64,000 nt of DNA from Thermoplasmata archaeon (lineage in GTDB: Archaea; Thermoplasmatota; Thermoplasmata; Lutacidiplasmatales; UBA184). Positions 1 to 8,842 of the stretch are shown here, piece after piece. Every line of letters starts with the position of its first letter. Position 1 is the stretch's first letter. Position numbers and translations under genes: made by a program. The notes under the pieces are model-generated. The model was not told where the DNA came from and ran no database searches. It saw only the letters and a program-made list of their open reading frames with translations. The stretch covers positions 12,393 through 76,392 of the forward strand of contig JBARNH010000054.1 of the NCBI GenBank assembly GCA_049802875.1, read 5' to 3'.

Positions 1-340
1 GCTCCGGGACCGCCGGGTCTTTGCCGGCCGGGCGGGCCGGTTCGTGGAGCAACAGGAACGTGCCGAGGAAGAACTCCGCTGCCGCATCTCCGCCGCCAAT
101 ACCGTAGCTGACGTAGTCCGAGAAGTAGACGTGGATCGAACCGGAGTGGCGACGCCGCAGTGCCTCCAGGAATTTCGCCATCTCCCCCGGCCCTTTGCGC
201 TCCAGCTCGTCAACCAGGTCCCGCAAGAGGGGTCGCTGACTGAGGCCCGCCAGACCGTCGTAGGCGAGGTAGACGGCTGGCCGTGGGTCGAGCGCGACAA
301 CGTCGAGGCGAAGCACCCCCTCGACCGGCTTGGTGCGCAT
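1..340 (-). CDS. hypothetical protein, N-terminal part (gene runs off the left edge)
   Basis: My own minus-strand translation from ATG 340-338 gives MRTKPVEGVLRLDVVALDPRPAVYLAYDGLAGLSQRPLLRDLVDELERKGPGEMAKFLEALRRRHSGSIHVYFSDYVSYGIGGGD... It stays open to position 1 and third codon positions are dominated by G/C. A TATA-like box lies about 26 nt upstream. It is missing from the ORF track because it has no stop in the window. No family recognised. Confidence 0.45.
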   Translation of the reverse strand, partial: MRTKPVEGVLRLDVVALDPRPAVYLAYDGLAGLSQRPLLRDLVDELERKGPGEMAKFLEALRRRHSGSIHVYFSDYVSYGIGGGDAAAEFFLGTFLLLHEPARPAGKDPAVPE

Positions 341-362
341 GGGGAGCGGCCTACCGCTGGCT

Positions 363-370
363 CGTTAAGA
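363..370 (-). promoter_or_regulatory. TATA-like box (minus strand TCTTAACG) for the leftmost partial gene
   Basis: An AT-rich octamer in otherwise GC-rich DNA, centred about 26 nt upstream of ATG 340. The same spacing recurs at many other genes in the window. Confidence 0.45.
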
Positions 371-381
371 AGGCTTCGGCC

Positions 382-397
382 CGGCGAACGTTCGCCG
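382..397 (-). terminator. 16-nt perfect palindrome CGGCGAACGTTCGCCG downstream of the thermosome stop
   Basis: Read directly from the sequence. It lies 25 nt after the thermosome stop codon (422-424), between that gene and the next TATA-like box. No oligo-T tract follows, so a terminator role is only a guess. Confidence 0.3.
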
Positions 398-421
398 CCG
401 GGCCCGAGAAGGAGTTTCGTC

Positions 422-2047
422 CTAGTGGTCGTGACCGCCGCCGGCCCCGCCCGGAGACGGGGACGACTTCTTCGAAGCGATCACGTCGTCAATGCGCAGG
501 ACCATCGCCGCCACTTCCGCGGCCGAGCTGAGGGCTTGGCGCTTGACGCGGAGGGGCTCGACCACGTGGAGCTTCCACATGTCGGTAGCCTTGCCGTCCA
601 GTAGGTTGATCCCGACGTTCTTGTTGGCGCTCGGACCGTCGTGACCCCGGCGCAGCTCGATGAGCGAGTTGATCGAGTCGTAGCCGCCGTTCTCGCTGAG
701 CGCCCAAGGGACGACCTCGAGTGCCTGCGCGAACGCTTCCACGGCGAGCTGCTCTCGGCCCCCGACCGACGGCGCCCACTTGCGCAGCTTGACAGCGAGG
801 TCGATCTCGGTAGCTCCGCCGCCCGGGCAGACGACCCCGTCCTCGAGAACGCTGGCGACGACCTTGAGGGCGTCGTTGAGAGATCGCTCCACTTCCTGCG
901 TGACATGCTCGGTTCCGCCGCGGATCAGGATCGAGACGGAGCGCGGGTTCGAACATCCGGTTACGAACGTCATGTCGTCATCGCCGACTTTCCGCTCCTC
1001 GACCTTGGCCGCCGAACCGAGGTCCGCCGGAGTGAGGTCCTTGAATCCGGTGACGATCTTCGCGCCCGTCGCGCGAGCCAGCTTCTGGAGGTCCGACTCC
1101 TTGACCTGTTTGACTGCGAAGATCCCCTCCTTGGCGAGATAGTGCAGGACGACGTCGTCGATTCCCTTCTGGCAAACGACCACGTTCGCGCCCGACGCCT
1201 TGATGGTCGAGACCATCGACCGGAACGTCTTGTCTTCCTCGTCCAGGAAGTTCTGGATCTGGCTCGGGTTCTTGATGTTGATCTTACTCTCGATCTCGGT
1301 CTTCTTGATCTCGAGCGAGGAGTTCAGGAGCGCGATCTTGGCCGAGGTGACCTCCGTCGGCATCCGGGGGTGTCCTCGTTCCTTGTCGAGGATGATCCCC
1401 TCGATGAGCTCGGTGTCCGAAATCGTGCCGCCGTGGCGTTTCTCGACCTTGATCTGGTCGACGTCCGCGACGATCTTATCGCCGCGATGCTCGGCGATCT
1501 TCTGAACGGCCTTGACGGCAATCTTGGCGAGCTCCTCCCTCGAGCCGAAGACGCCCTTCGAGCCCATGGCGGTCGTGGCACAGTCCATGAGGATCCCCTC
1601 GTCGCTCGTCTTGACAGTGGTCCCGATCTCCGTCTCCAGCAGGCGTTGGGCCTCTTGGACGGCCAGTTGGAATCCACGAACGATAACGGTCGGGTGAACG
1701 TTCTGCTCGAGGAGAGACTCCGATCGCTTGAGGAGTTCCCCCGCGAGCACGACCGCGGTCGTGGTTCCGTCGCCGCACTGCTGGTCCTGGGTCTTCGCGA
1801 CCTCGACGATCATCTTCGCCGCGGGGTGCTCGACGTCGACTTCCTTGAGGATGGTCACTCCGTCGTTGGTGATCGTGATGTCTCCCATCGAATCCACGAG
1901 CATCTTGTCCATTCCGCGGGGTCCGAGGGTGGATCGCACCGCGTCGGCCACTGCCCGTGCGGCCGCGATGTTGTTCGCTGTGGCGCCCTTGCCGCGTTCG
2001 CGTTCGGTTCCTTCCTTCAAGACGAGGATCGGCGTACCCTGGAGCAT
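422..2047 (-). CDS. ths: thermosome subunit (group II chaperonin)
   Basis: 541-aa [41 protein letters not shown] and [15 protein letters not shown] are textbook group II chaperonin motifs. Confidence 0.97.
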   Translation of the reverse strand: MLQGTPILVLKEGTERERGKGATANNIAAARAVADAVRSTLGPRGMDKMLVDSMGDITITNDGVTILKEVDVEHPAAKMIVEVAKTQDQQCGDGTTTAVVLAGELLKRSESLLEQNVHPTVIVRGFQLAVQEAQRLLETEIGTTVKTSDEGILMDCATTAMGSKGVFGSREELAKIAVKAVQKIAEHRGDKIVADVDQIKVEKRHGGTISDTELIEGIILDKERGHPRMPTEVTSAKIALLNSSLEIKKTEIESKINIKNPSQIQNFLDEEDKTFRSMVSTIKASGANVVVCQKGIDDVVLHYLAKEGIFAVKQVKESDLQKLARATGAKIVTGFKDLTPADLGSAAKVEERKVGDDDMTFVTGCSNPRSVSILIRGGTEHVTQEVERSLNDALKVVASVLEDGVVCPGGGATEIDLAVKLRKWAPSVGGREQLAVEAFAQALEVVPWALSENGGYDSINSLIELRRGHDGPSANKNVGINLLDGKATDMWKLHVVEPLRVKRQALSSAAEVAAMVLRIDDVIASKKSSPSPGGAGGGHDH

Positions 2048-2080
2048 TCTAACTCACCATCAGAGGCTAAATTGCTCTTC

Positions 2081-2089
2081 TATATAAAA
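2081..2089 (-). promoter_or_regulatory. TATA box (minus strand TTTTATATA) of the thermosome gene
   Basis: The strongest AT-rich element in the window. It is centred about 38 nt upstream of ATG 2047, which leaves a short leader carrying GGTGAG (2053-2058, Shine-Dalgarno-like) 5 nt before the ATG. Confidence 0.6.
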
Positions 2090-2114
2090 CAACTCAGCCC
2101 GATGGAGCTTTAGT

Positions 2115-2141
2115 CCCAAAGCCCCGCCCGGAGGCTTTGGG
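2115..2141. repeat. inverted repeat CCCAAAGCC-N9-GGCTTTGGG (9-bp stem)
   Basis: Read directly. It lies 85 nt downstream of the methyltransferase stop (2226) and 26 nt upstream of the thermosome TATA box. It could be an operon terminator or a regulator-binding site for the chaperonin promoter. Confidence 0.35.
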
Positions 2142-2225
2142 GAAGAACCTGCATCGAGATCAGAAAATAGGAGTGCTACCGAACACGTGCGCACTCCGCC
2201 CCGGTCTACCTTCGTAATAAGAGTC

Positions 2226-3176
2226 TCATGGCGGCGGGAAGTTCGGGGCGGAGGGGGTCCTGACTCCGCCATAACGACCTTGGGGACCGACCCACCGAAT
2301 CGATGGTTGCCCGACCCTCTTCACGAAGTTGGTGAAGGCAGTGTTGTGGCTTACGTCGTCCGAAAGCAAGTATCCGCCCGCCGTCAAGTGGGACCATGCG
2401 GTTCGAAATTCCCAGGTCATATTGTCCATCGAGTGATCGGAATCGTGCAGAAAGATGTCGATGGGTCCAATCTCCTTGAGCAGGTCGGGGAGGACTACTC
2501 GAGATCGGCCGAACCGGAGGGTCCAGCGATCTCGAAGAATTGGTGGAATGATGGCACCGGTTTCATCGACCCCGCCAACGAACACCCGGTCGATCTCTCC
2601 TTCTTCGTTGACATATCCCCTCGCGGAAGTATTCGGGGCGTCGATCGAAAACAAGCTTCCGCATCGATTATCGTGGAGAGCCTGAAGAATGTAGGATGTG
2701 GTGAACCCGTAGGCGACCCCGGTTTCCACTACGAGCTGCGGCTGGGACGCCCGAGTGATGAGGTACAGTACCTCGTTATGGATGCCGACCGAACCGCCCA
2801 CCGTTGGGGTTTCGCGTTGGGCGTCAGGGTGCAGCCTCGTCCAGTTTTCGAGCAATTGGAGGGGCAGCCGGTCGTGACCGAGGAGCTGCTTCTGCCATTC
2901 TCGAAGACGCGCACGAGGGACACCGACGAACCGCGCGACCTTGTCGAGCAGGAAGGGAGCGTGCGCGGCTTGCGCCACAAAATTTCTAGGATTCCTGCGA
3001 AAGTCGTTGAGAGTGGAGGAGGGGATTCGCTCTCGCAGTCGGGTGGGTGTCACGGCTATTGCGAGCAGCCCTTCACCCATGGCGCTTTTGGAGCGGTCCG
3101 CTTTCGTGAATTCATGCGCGGCCCAGCCTCGCAGAGGGATTTGCATCCTCGCTCGAGCGACGGTCACCCGGCTCAA
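2226..3176 (-). CDS. class I SAM-dependent methyltransferase (Methyltransf_24/CmcI-like core) with an unassigned N-terminal region
   Basis: 316-aa ORF. The C-terminal half reads VVETGVAYGFTTSYILQAL...GSLFSIDA...IDIFLHDSDHSMDNM...GGYLLSDDV, which fits a Rossmann SAM-binding pattern. It starts 9 nt after the upstream MEDS gene. Confidence 0.7.
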   Translation of the reverse strand: MSRVTVARARMQIPLRGWAAHEFTKADRSKSAMGEGLLAIAVTPTRLRERIPSSTLNDFRRNPRNFVAQAAHAPFLLDKVARFVGVPRARLREWQKQLLGHDRLPLQLLENWTRLHPDAQRETPTVGGSVGIHNEVLYLITRASQPQLVVETGVAYGFTTSYILQALHDNRCGSLFSIDAPNTSARGYVNEEGEIDRVFVGGVDETGAIIPPILRDRWTLRFGRSRVVLPDLLKEIGPIDIFLHDSDHSMDNMTWEFRTAWSHLTAGGYLLSDDVSHNTAFTNFVKRVGQPSIRWVGPQGRYGGVRTPSAPNFPPP

Positions 3177-3185
3177 CGAAGGGGG

Positions 3186-3995
3186 TTATTCAGTGGTATC
3201 TTGCCGGGGGAGCCGAGTCGATTCCGCCCGGTTTAGGAGGCCCCTTCTCCGGCTCGTTCCGCGGTCGTTGACCTGCCGGAGGAACCTCGGAAGGCCAGCC
3301 AGTGCACGGGCGAAGTTCTGACCTCGGGGAGTGAGCTCGGCGGAGTCCTCCCCCCGGTCCTGATTGACGAGGCCCAAGTCGACGGCCTGGGCCAGCCAGC
3401 CGAGATGCTCCTCGGGGGGGTTCTCCACGTGCGGGAGGATCAGTAACTGCAGGAACCGGACGGCGGGGTCGGGGTCCCTCGAGAGGACCCCGTGTGTGTG
3501 GGCCTTTGCGAGTCGTCCGAGCGCTTCGGGGGCCCGGTCGACCGGGATGTTCGTGAGGTCGTACGGGCACAACCCCCGGTGATAGAACGGCCGGAGGCCA
3601 TCGAACCAATCCTCGTACGCGAGGACGTCGAGCAGACACCGACGGTTCAGGAAGCTCGGGATCGTGTCCCCGCAGAGGCTGGCTCCTTCGGGGTGAGCCG
3701 ACGCGAAATCCAAGGCCTCCGACACCGGTCGAAGGCCTGCGGGGGTCGGGACCGCGTGAGGCCCCAAGATGCGAGTGAGTGCGTCCGCCATCTCCGGCAC
3801 CGCCTTCGAGATCTCGTCGCGAGAGAGTTCGAGCATCCGATCGTCCGACGACAGGACGATCGCGCGTTGACCCCGGTTCTTGGCTCCCCTCAGGAAGCTC
3901 GCCATATTTCGAGCAGCCTCCGGGGCCGAGGCGTAAAGGCCGAGAGAGTGCGACCCCGATGGGAGCTCCTCTGGGGAGGCTACTAATCGCATCAA
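3186..3995 (-). CDS. MEDS-domain protein with a C-terminal helical (possibly wHTH) region
   Basis: GSHSLGLYASAPEAARNMASFLRGAKNRGQRAIVL ... GLCPYDLTNIP resembles the MEDS (DcmR-type sensory) pattern H-x-(L/C)-x-Y...LC-x-YD. The track start is TTG 3995, and ATG 3992 is equally possible. Confidence 0.5.
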   Translation of the reverse strand: MMRLVASPEELPSGSHSLGLYASAPEAARNMASFLRGAKNRGQRAIVLSSDDRMLELSRDEISKAVPEMADALTRILGPHAVPTPAGLRPVSEALDFASAHPEGASLCGDTIPSFLNRRCLLDVLAYEDWFDGLRPFYHRGLCPYDLTNIPVDRAPEALGRLAKAHTHGVLSRDPDPAVRFLQLLILPHVENPPEEHLGWLAQAVDLGLVNQDRGEDSAELTPRGQNFARALAGLPRFLRQVNDRGTSRRRGLLNRAESTRLPRQDTTE

Positions 3996-4032
3996 GGGAT
4001 CGCTCTGAACTCCTCGCCGCGCGGCTCCCGGC

Positions 4033-4797
4033 CTAGGACGGGAGTCCCTCCGGTTTTGCTCCGGCCTCGGGCGATGCGAACAGGCCGGTCACGATCCCTT
4101 CGATCCCTCGTTCGACCGCCCGGGCCTGCTCCGTGAACGCGTCGGGATCCACCCCGAAGAGCTCCGCCACCAGTTCGGGAGTAGGCCCCTCCGCCCCATC
4201 GAGGGCTCCGACGCTCGAGAGGAGACCCAAGAACGCCCAGTCTCCGGGGCCCATTTTCGGCGTAACCCGAGCGGGCGGAACGGTGACAAAGGCCGGCGGT
4301 CGAAGTGGACGCTTGTCCTTCCCGAGTTTCTCCGCCATGGTCTCCGCCTCCGCCTCGGTTGCCAAGAGGTGGATCTCCGCTTGCCCGCCGCCCGTACGAA
4401 CGGGGACCACCAGGAGGGACCGCAGAAGTCGCAGGGTCTCGTCGGGAAGGTCCACCCGGATCGTCATGACCGACACCGTGCGCCCACGTTCGTCGAGCAA
4501 GAGCATGTGACGTCGACCGGTCCCTTTGCGGCGGAAGGTCGCCCAGATGGCGTCCAGCATTTCCTCTCCCTCGGGAGTGCTCGCGGTCGCGGAGAAGGTA
4601 ATGGTATGGTCGGGGGTCACAACGTAGCCCTCGACATCGGCGCTCTGTCCGGGAAACCGTTTCGTGGGGTCCGGGTCCGGGTCGAAGAACACTCGAAGGG
4701 GGACCGAGACGACCCGATCGACCCGAGCCGTCGACTTCGCGTCGCTCGAACGCGAACCCTGACCGGCGTCGGCCCCCTCCGCTGGGGCTCCGGGCAT
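4033..4797 (-). CDS. hypothetical protein (254 aa), first gene of a three-gene operon
   Basis: Codon usage looks coding and there is no low-complexity Arg/Pro bias. A TATA-like box lies about 27 nt upstream of the ATG. No family recognised. Confidence 0.6.
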   Translation of the reverse strand: MPGAPAEGADAGQGSRSSDAKSTARVDRVVSVPLRVFFDPDPDPTKRFPGQSADVEGYVVTPDHTITFSATASTPEGEEMLDAIWATFRRKGTGRRHMLLLDERGRTVSVMTIRVDLPDETLRLLRSLLVVPVRTGGGQAEIHLLATEAEAETMAEKLGKDKRPLRPPAFVTVPPARVTPKMGPGDWAFLGLLSSVGALDGAEGPTPELVAELFGVDPDAFTEQARAVERGIEGIVTGLFASPEAGAKPEGLPS

Positions 4798-4820
4798 GGA
4801 GAATAAAGGCTCGAACTACG

Positions 4821-4828
4821 TATTTAGA
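4821..4828 (-). promoter_or_regulatory. TATA-like box (minus strand TCTAAATA), leaderless promoter of the 4033-4797 operon
   Basis: Centred about 27 nt upstream of ATG 4797. It may also serve the divergent tag gene. Confidence 0.5.
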
Positions 4829-4918
4829 GGGTTGGACGCGAGTCCGGCGAGCGACGGTCGTCCGGCTCGGCCGGCACCGTCGGAAGGCCTCAATTCCTGG
4901 TGGTGCCTCGATGAAGCG

Positions 4919-5542
4919 TTGACCCCTCCAATTCCCCCCTCGGTTCGCCGCTGTGCCTGGGCGGAAACCGACCCGCTCCTTCGTGCGTATCATGACGAGG
5001 AGTGGGGCGTGCCGGAGCGCGACAGTCGCCGGCTATGGGAGAAGTTGATGCTCGATGGATTCCAGGCAGGCCTCTCGTGGACCATCATCCTCCGAAAACG
5101 CGAAGCGTTCCGCCGGGCCTTCGAGAACTTCGATCCTCACCGAGTCGGTCGCTTTGGAGAGTCCGACGTTGCGCGCCTCCTCGCGGACCCGGGGATCGTC
5201 CGGTCTCGGGCCAAGATCGCGGCGACGATCGCCGGAGCTCGCGCCTATCTTTCGCTGGAGGAAGCGGGCGTCGAGTTCTCGACGTTCGTCTGGGGCTTGG
5301 CCGGCGGGTCCCCGATCCAGACCACGGGTCCGGTGCGGGCGCAGACCCCTCTTTCGGAGGAGATATCCCGTCAACTCAAAAGTCGGGGATTCAAGTTCGT
5401 CGGCCCCGTCATCGTCTATGCATGGATGCAAGCGACCGGCATCGTCAACGATCACGCCCCCGATTGCTTCCGCCGCGTCGTCGTGCGAGAGAGGGGACGA
5501 CACCCCGGAGCGACGGGTCGACCCACCAAGCGGAAGCTGTAG
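4919..5542 (+). CDS. tag: DNA-3-methyladenine glycosylase I
   Basis: RCAWAETDPLLRAYHDEEWGVPERDSRRLWEKLMLDGFQAGLSWTIILRKREAFRRAF...FKFVGPVIVYAWMQATGIVNDH is collinear with E. coli Tag (MERCGW...YHDNEWGVP...). The track ORF starts at ATG 4796, but that adds 50 non-homologous residues and abuts the divergent gene. In-frame TTG 4919 fits better. Confidence 0.9.
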   Translation: MTPPIPPSVRRCAWAETDPLLRAYHDEEWGVPERDSRRLWEKLMLDGFQAGLSWTIILRKREAFRRAFENFDPHRVGRFGESDVARLLADPGIVRSRAKIAATIAGARAYLSLEEAGVEFSTFVWGLAGGSPIQTTGPVRAQTPLSEEISRQLKSRGFKFVGPVIVYAWMQATGIVNDHAPDCFRRVVVRERGRHPGATGRPTKRKL

Positions 5543-5633
5543 GGCTCGGCTGCCGACCTGTTAAGTATCCTCTCCGGGTCGCAGAGGCTCGAACGAATCC
5601 CATTGGGGCCACTGGCCCGCTACGAGGGAACGT

Positions 5634-5921
5634 ATGTACTGCGCTCACTGCGGCCACGAACTCCCCCGAGGCGCCCGAACCTGCCCCTCGTGCCACGCAC
5701 CGATCGACGCCCCCATCTCCTTCGACCAAGCCATCGCGGACGCGAAGAGGGCAGCGAAAGATCTCGCGGCGGCGACCGCCCGGGTGGCGGACCGCGTCGC
5801 GGGAAAGGCCGACCGCGCGGTGAAGGACCCGGCGGGCTCCGCGCGACGCGGAGCTCGACGCGTGGCCAACGAGCTCGACCGAGCTCGGAAGGAGATCGAG
5901 CGGATACTCGACGACCTCTGA
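5634..5921 (+). CDS. zinc-ribbon protein with a helical Ala/Arg/Lys-rich tail
   Basis: 95 aa. MYCAHCGHELPRGARTCPSCH provides a CxxC-x11-CxxC zinc ribbon, followed by a predicted helical repeat region. Confidence 0.55.
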   Translation: MYCAHCGHELPRGARTCPSCHAPIDAPISFDQAIADAKRAAKDLAAATARVADRVAGKADRAVKDPAGSARRGARRVANELDRARKEIERILDDL

Positions 5922-6083
5922 GCCTGGAAGGCATCGAGGTCGCGACCTCACGCCGGTTTCTTGCGCCTCCGGAGCGCCCCGGGGGAAACGCCCCTCGCGG
6001 AGGCCACGCGGAGAAGGTCGGTGGGTCGGTGAGGGGGAGGCTGTCGTCGGAGTCGACCTCCGTGCGCCCTCCGAGCCGGCTCG

Positions 6084-6767
6084 TTACGGGTCGGAAGTGA
6101 CGAACGCCACCGCGTATCCGCCGCTTCGAGCGCGACCGACCGTTCGAATCGCGGTGGCGCTCACTCGCTGCTCCGCCGCGAGAAGTTCATGGAATCGTCG
6201 GACCCCGCGTACGTTTCGGTCCGCGCTTGCGGCGTCGGCGGCCGATTGGCTCGGAATGACGTTGTCCGCCAGGATGACGCTGCCCCGCCGGGAGAGCTTG
6301 AGTGCCCAGGACAGGTATTCCGGGTAGGCCGGTCGGTCCCCATCGATGAAGATCAGGTCGAACGGACCGCGTCCTTCGGCGGCGAGGGCCGGGAGGGAAC
6401 TCAGGGCGGGCCCCTCTCGGACCTGAACGACCTCCGTGAGACCGGCCCGTGCGATGGTCTCGCGCGCGACCTCCGCATCTTGGGGGTTCGGCTCGAGCGC
6501 GATCAATCGGCCGCCCGGCGGCAACCCGCGAGCCAACCGGACGGTGCTGTACCCTCCGCCCGTGCCGATCTCGAGGATGCGATGGGTCCCTTGAATGCGC
6601 GCGAAGAGCTCCAGCACGGATCCCCGCGGAGTCGCGATCGGAGGCGGCGACGGAGCTGCGGCGGTGTTGGTCCCGGATTCGGCGACGAGCCGGGGGTCGG
6701 TCGGGTCCGGGAAGTACCGACTTACCTCCGACCATCGTTCGACGATCATGGGCTCGCATCCCGACAC
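6084..6767 (-). CDS. class I SAM-dependent O-methyltransferase (family 3, caffeoyl-CoA OMT-like)
   Basis: ILEIGTGGGYSTVRLARGLPPGGRLIALEPNPQDAEVARETIARAGL...FDLIFIDGDRPAYPEYL...GSVILADNV. The track start is GTG 6767, and ATG 6749 is an alternative. Confidence 0.85.
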   Translation of the reverse strand: MSGCEPMIVERWSEVSRYFPDPTDPRLVAESGTNTAAAPSPPPIATPRGSVLELFARIQGTHRILEIGTGGGYSTVRLARGLPPGGRLIALEPNPQDAEVARETIARAGLTEVVQVREGPALSSLPALAAEGRGPFDLIFIDGDRPAYPEYLSWALKLSRRGSVILADNVIPSQSAADAASADRNVRGVRRFHELLAAEQRVSATAIRTVGRARSGGYAVAFVTSDP

Positions 6768-6885
6768 ACGTTCAGCTACTTCAGCCGTCCCGAGCTGCCC
6801 GAGTCTCCGATGGGAGGGGAAGTTGAGACGGCCCGTCGTCCTCCTCGGGCGGAATTGAACCCGCGCCCAGTTCCGGCCGCGCGCG

Positions 6886-7824
6886 CTAACCAGCAGTCCG
6901 TTCGTCTGCCCGGAGCGCCGGGCGGCGTGCCAGGCACTCCCGGAGTGTCGCTAGCGTGGCTTGCCGCTCTCCGTCGCGCAGCTCTTGGCGAGGGGGGCGC
7001 ACTCGGGAACTGCCGAGCCCGAGTTCCTCCTCGACGAGCTTGATCTGTTGAACGAACTTTGGCCCGGTATCCATCCGGAGCAACGGCAGGAACCATCGAT
7101 ACAGTTCGGCGGCGCGCAGCGGCTCGCCTCCGGCGCCGTCGCGGAAGAGGGCGACGGACTCCTCGGGCAGCGCGTTGGCGAGCCCCGCGACCCATCCTAC
7201 GGCCCCCGCGTAGAGGCCCTCGAGGACCACGTCGTCCAAGCCGACCGTGACGTCGAGGCGGTCCCCGAGAAGGGCCCGTAGGGCCGTGATCCTCCGAACA
7301 TCCCCGCTCGACTCCTTGACGGCGGAGAGGGTAGGGTGTTCCTCGGCGAGCTCGAGCACCTGCTCCGCCCCGACGTCCGTACCGTACGCCGACGGGTTGT
7401 TGTAGAGCATGCACGGGAGGTCGGTCGCGCGAAACACGGCGGCGAAGTGGGCGTTGATCTCGGTCCGGTCTGCTTGGTAGACGTACGGCGGGAGCACGAG
7501 CAGACCTCGAGCCCCGGCGTTGCGAGCGGCGCGCGCCTGGGCGACGACATCGGAGGTCCGGGCGGCGGCGACCGCTGCAATCACGGGAACGCGTTCGGGG
7601 AGCTCGGAGGTGAGCGCGGTCACGAGCGAACCGCGTTCCTCGGAGGAGAGAGTAGAACCCTCGCCGAGCGAGCCCGCGACGATGATCCCGTCGACTCCCC
7701 GCTCGACGAGCCATCCCGCGTGGCGCACGAACGCGGGGCGATCGACGTTGCCGTCGCTCCCAAACGGGGTCGTGATCGCCACGAGGATTCCCGCCCAGAG
7801 CGACCGCCGCTCGGTTCCGCTCAT
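6886..7824 (-). CDS. DHDPS/N-acetylneuraminate-lyase family enzyme (DapA-like; candidate pyrroline-4-hydroxy-2-carboxylate deaminase)
   Basis: ILVAITTPF...GIIVAGSLGEGSTLS...LYNNPSAYG...LSAVKESSGD contains the Schiff-base Lys motif. The specific role is inferred from the adjacent hydroxyproline epimerase. Confidence 0.85.
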   Translation of the reverse strand: MSGTERRSLWAGILVAITTPFGSDGNVDRPAFVRHAGWLVERGVDGIIVAGSLGEGSTLSSEERGSLVTALTSELPERVPVIAAVAAARTSDVVAQARAARNAGARGLLVLPPYVYQADRTEINAHFAAVFRATDLPCMLYNNPSAYGTDVGAEQVLELAEEHPTLSAVKESSGDVRRITALRALLGDRLDVTVGLDDVVLEGLYAGAVGWVAGLANALPEESVALFRDGAGGEPLRAAELYRWFLPLLRMDTGPKFVQQIKLVEEELGLGSSRVRPPRQELRDGERQATLATLRECLARRPALRADERTAG

Positions 7825-7867
7825 CGCGCGTCTCCGTCGGGGGGGCGGAGGAGGCCGTGCGCTGCGT

Positions 7868-8842
7868 TCACGACGGCACTCCGTAGCAAAACGGGTCCTG
7901 CGCGTCGAGGATAAGGTCCGCCTCTCCGGTGATGTGGGCAGCGCCGGTGATGCACGGTCGGATGCCTCCGGGGGAGGGTGCGGCGGTGCCCTCGAAGACT
8001 CCTCCCAGGATCCCCTCTTGCCGCCAGACCTCTCCTTCCTTCAGTTTCCCGTCGGCGACGAGGCAGGCGATCTTTGCGCTCGTCCCGGTTCCGCACGGGG
8101 AACGGTCGTACGCCTCCCCCGGGCAGAGGACAAAATTCCGGCTCTGGTTCTCGGAACGTTCGGGCGGTCCGGAGAGCTCGATGTGGTCGATCCGCTTCCC
8201 GTCCCCACCGGTGATTCCGTCTCGGGCCAACGCCCCCTTGATTGCCCGACAGTACTCGGTCAATTCGCGCGCGTTCCGAACGCGCAGGTCGGTCGGGCAG
8301 CGGTCGGTGAGGAAGAACCAATTTCCACCCCACGCCACGTCGCCGAGAACTTGTCCGAAGCCGGGAACGTCGACGGCGACGTTCGCCCGGGCTCGGAAGC
8401 TCGGTACATTCCAGAAGGTCACGCGATCCGGACCGAGCAGCTCGGTCAGCACCGGCCCCACGGGCGTTTCGATCGTGTTACGTCCCGGCGGGAGGCGGCC
8501 GAGATGCCGCAGCGTTACGACCAGACCGATCGTTCCGTGTCCGCACATCCCGAGGTACCCCGCGTTGTCGAAGAACACCACCCCGGCGGAGTTTCCCGGG
8601 TCGTGAGGCGCGCAGAGCAACGCCCCGACCATCGGCTCCGATCCTCGAGGTTCGTTGACGACCGCGCGGCGGAACTCATCGTGCGAGCGCCGGAACAATT
8701 CCCGCCGGGAGGCCAGGGGGCCGTCGCCCAGATCCGGACCGCCGCGCACGACGACGCGCGTCGGCTCCCCCTCGGTGTGAGAGTCGATCACATGGATGCG
8801 ACGCGCCCGCCCGTCGTCGGGAGGCACGCCGATCATCCCCAT
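7868..8842 (-). CDS. proline racemase family enzyme, probably 4-hydroxyproline 2-epimerase
   Basis: IHVIDSHTEGEPTRVV, GYLGMCGHGTIG and DRSPCGTGTSAK. Both catalytic positions are Cys, which is the racemase/epimerase type rather than the Cys/Thr dehydratase type. Confidence 0.85.
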   Translation of the reverse strand: MGMIGVPPDDGRARRIHVIDSHTEGEPTRVVVRGGPDLGDGPLASRRELFRRSHDEFRRAVVNEPRGSEPMVGALLCAPHDPGNSAGVVFFDNAGYLGMCGHGTIGLVVTLRHLGRLPPGRNTIETPVGPVLTELLGPDRVTFWNVPSFRARANVAVDVPGFGQVLGDVAWGGNWFFLTDRCPTDLRVRNARELTEYCRAIKGALARDGITGGDGKRIDHIELSGPPERSENQSRNFVLCPGEAYDRSPCGTGTSAKIACLVADGKLKEGEVWRQEGILGGVFEGTAAPSPGGIRPCITGAAHITGEADLILDAQDPFCYGVPS

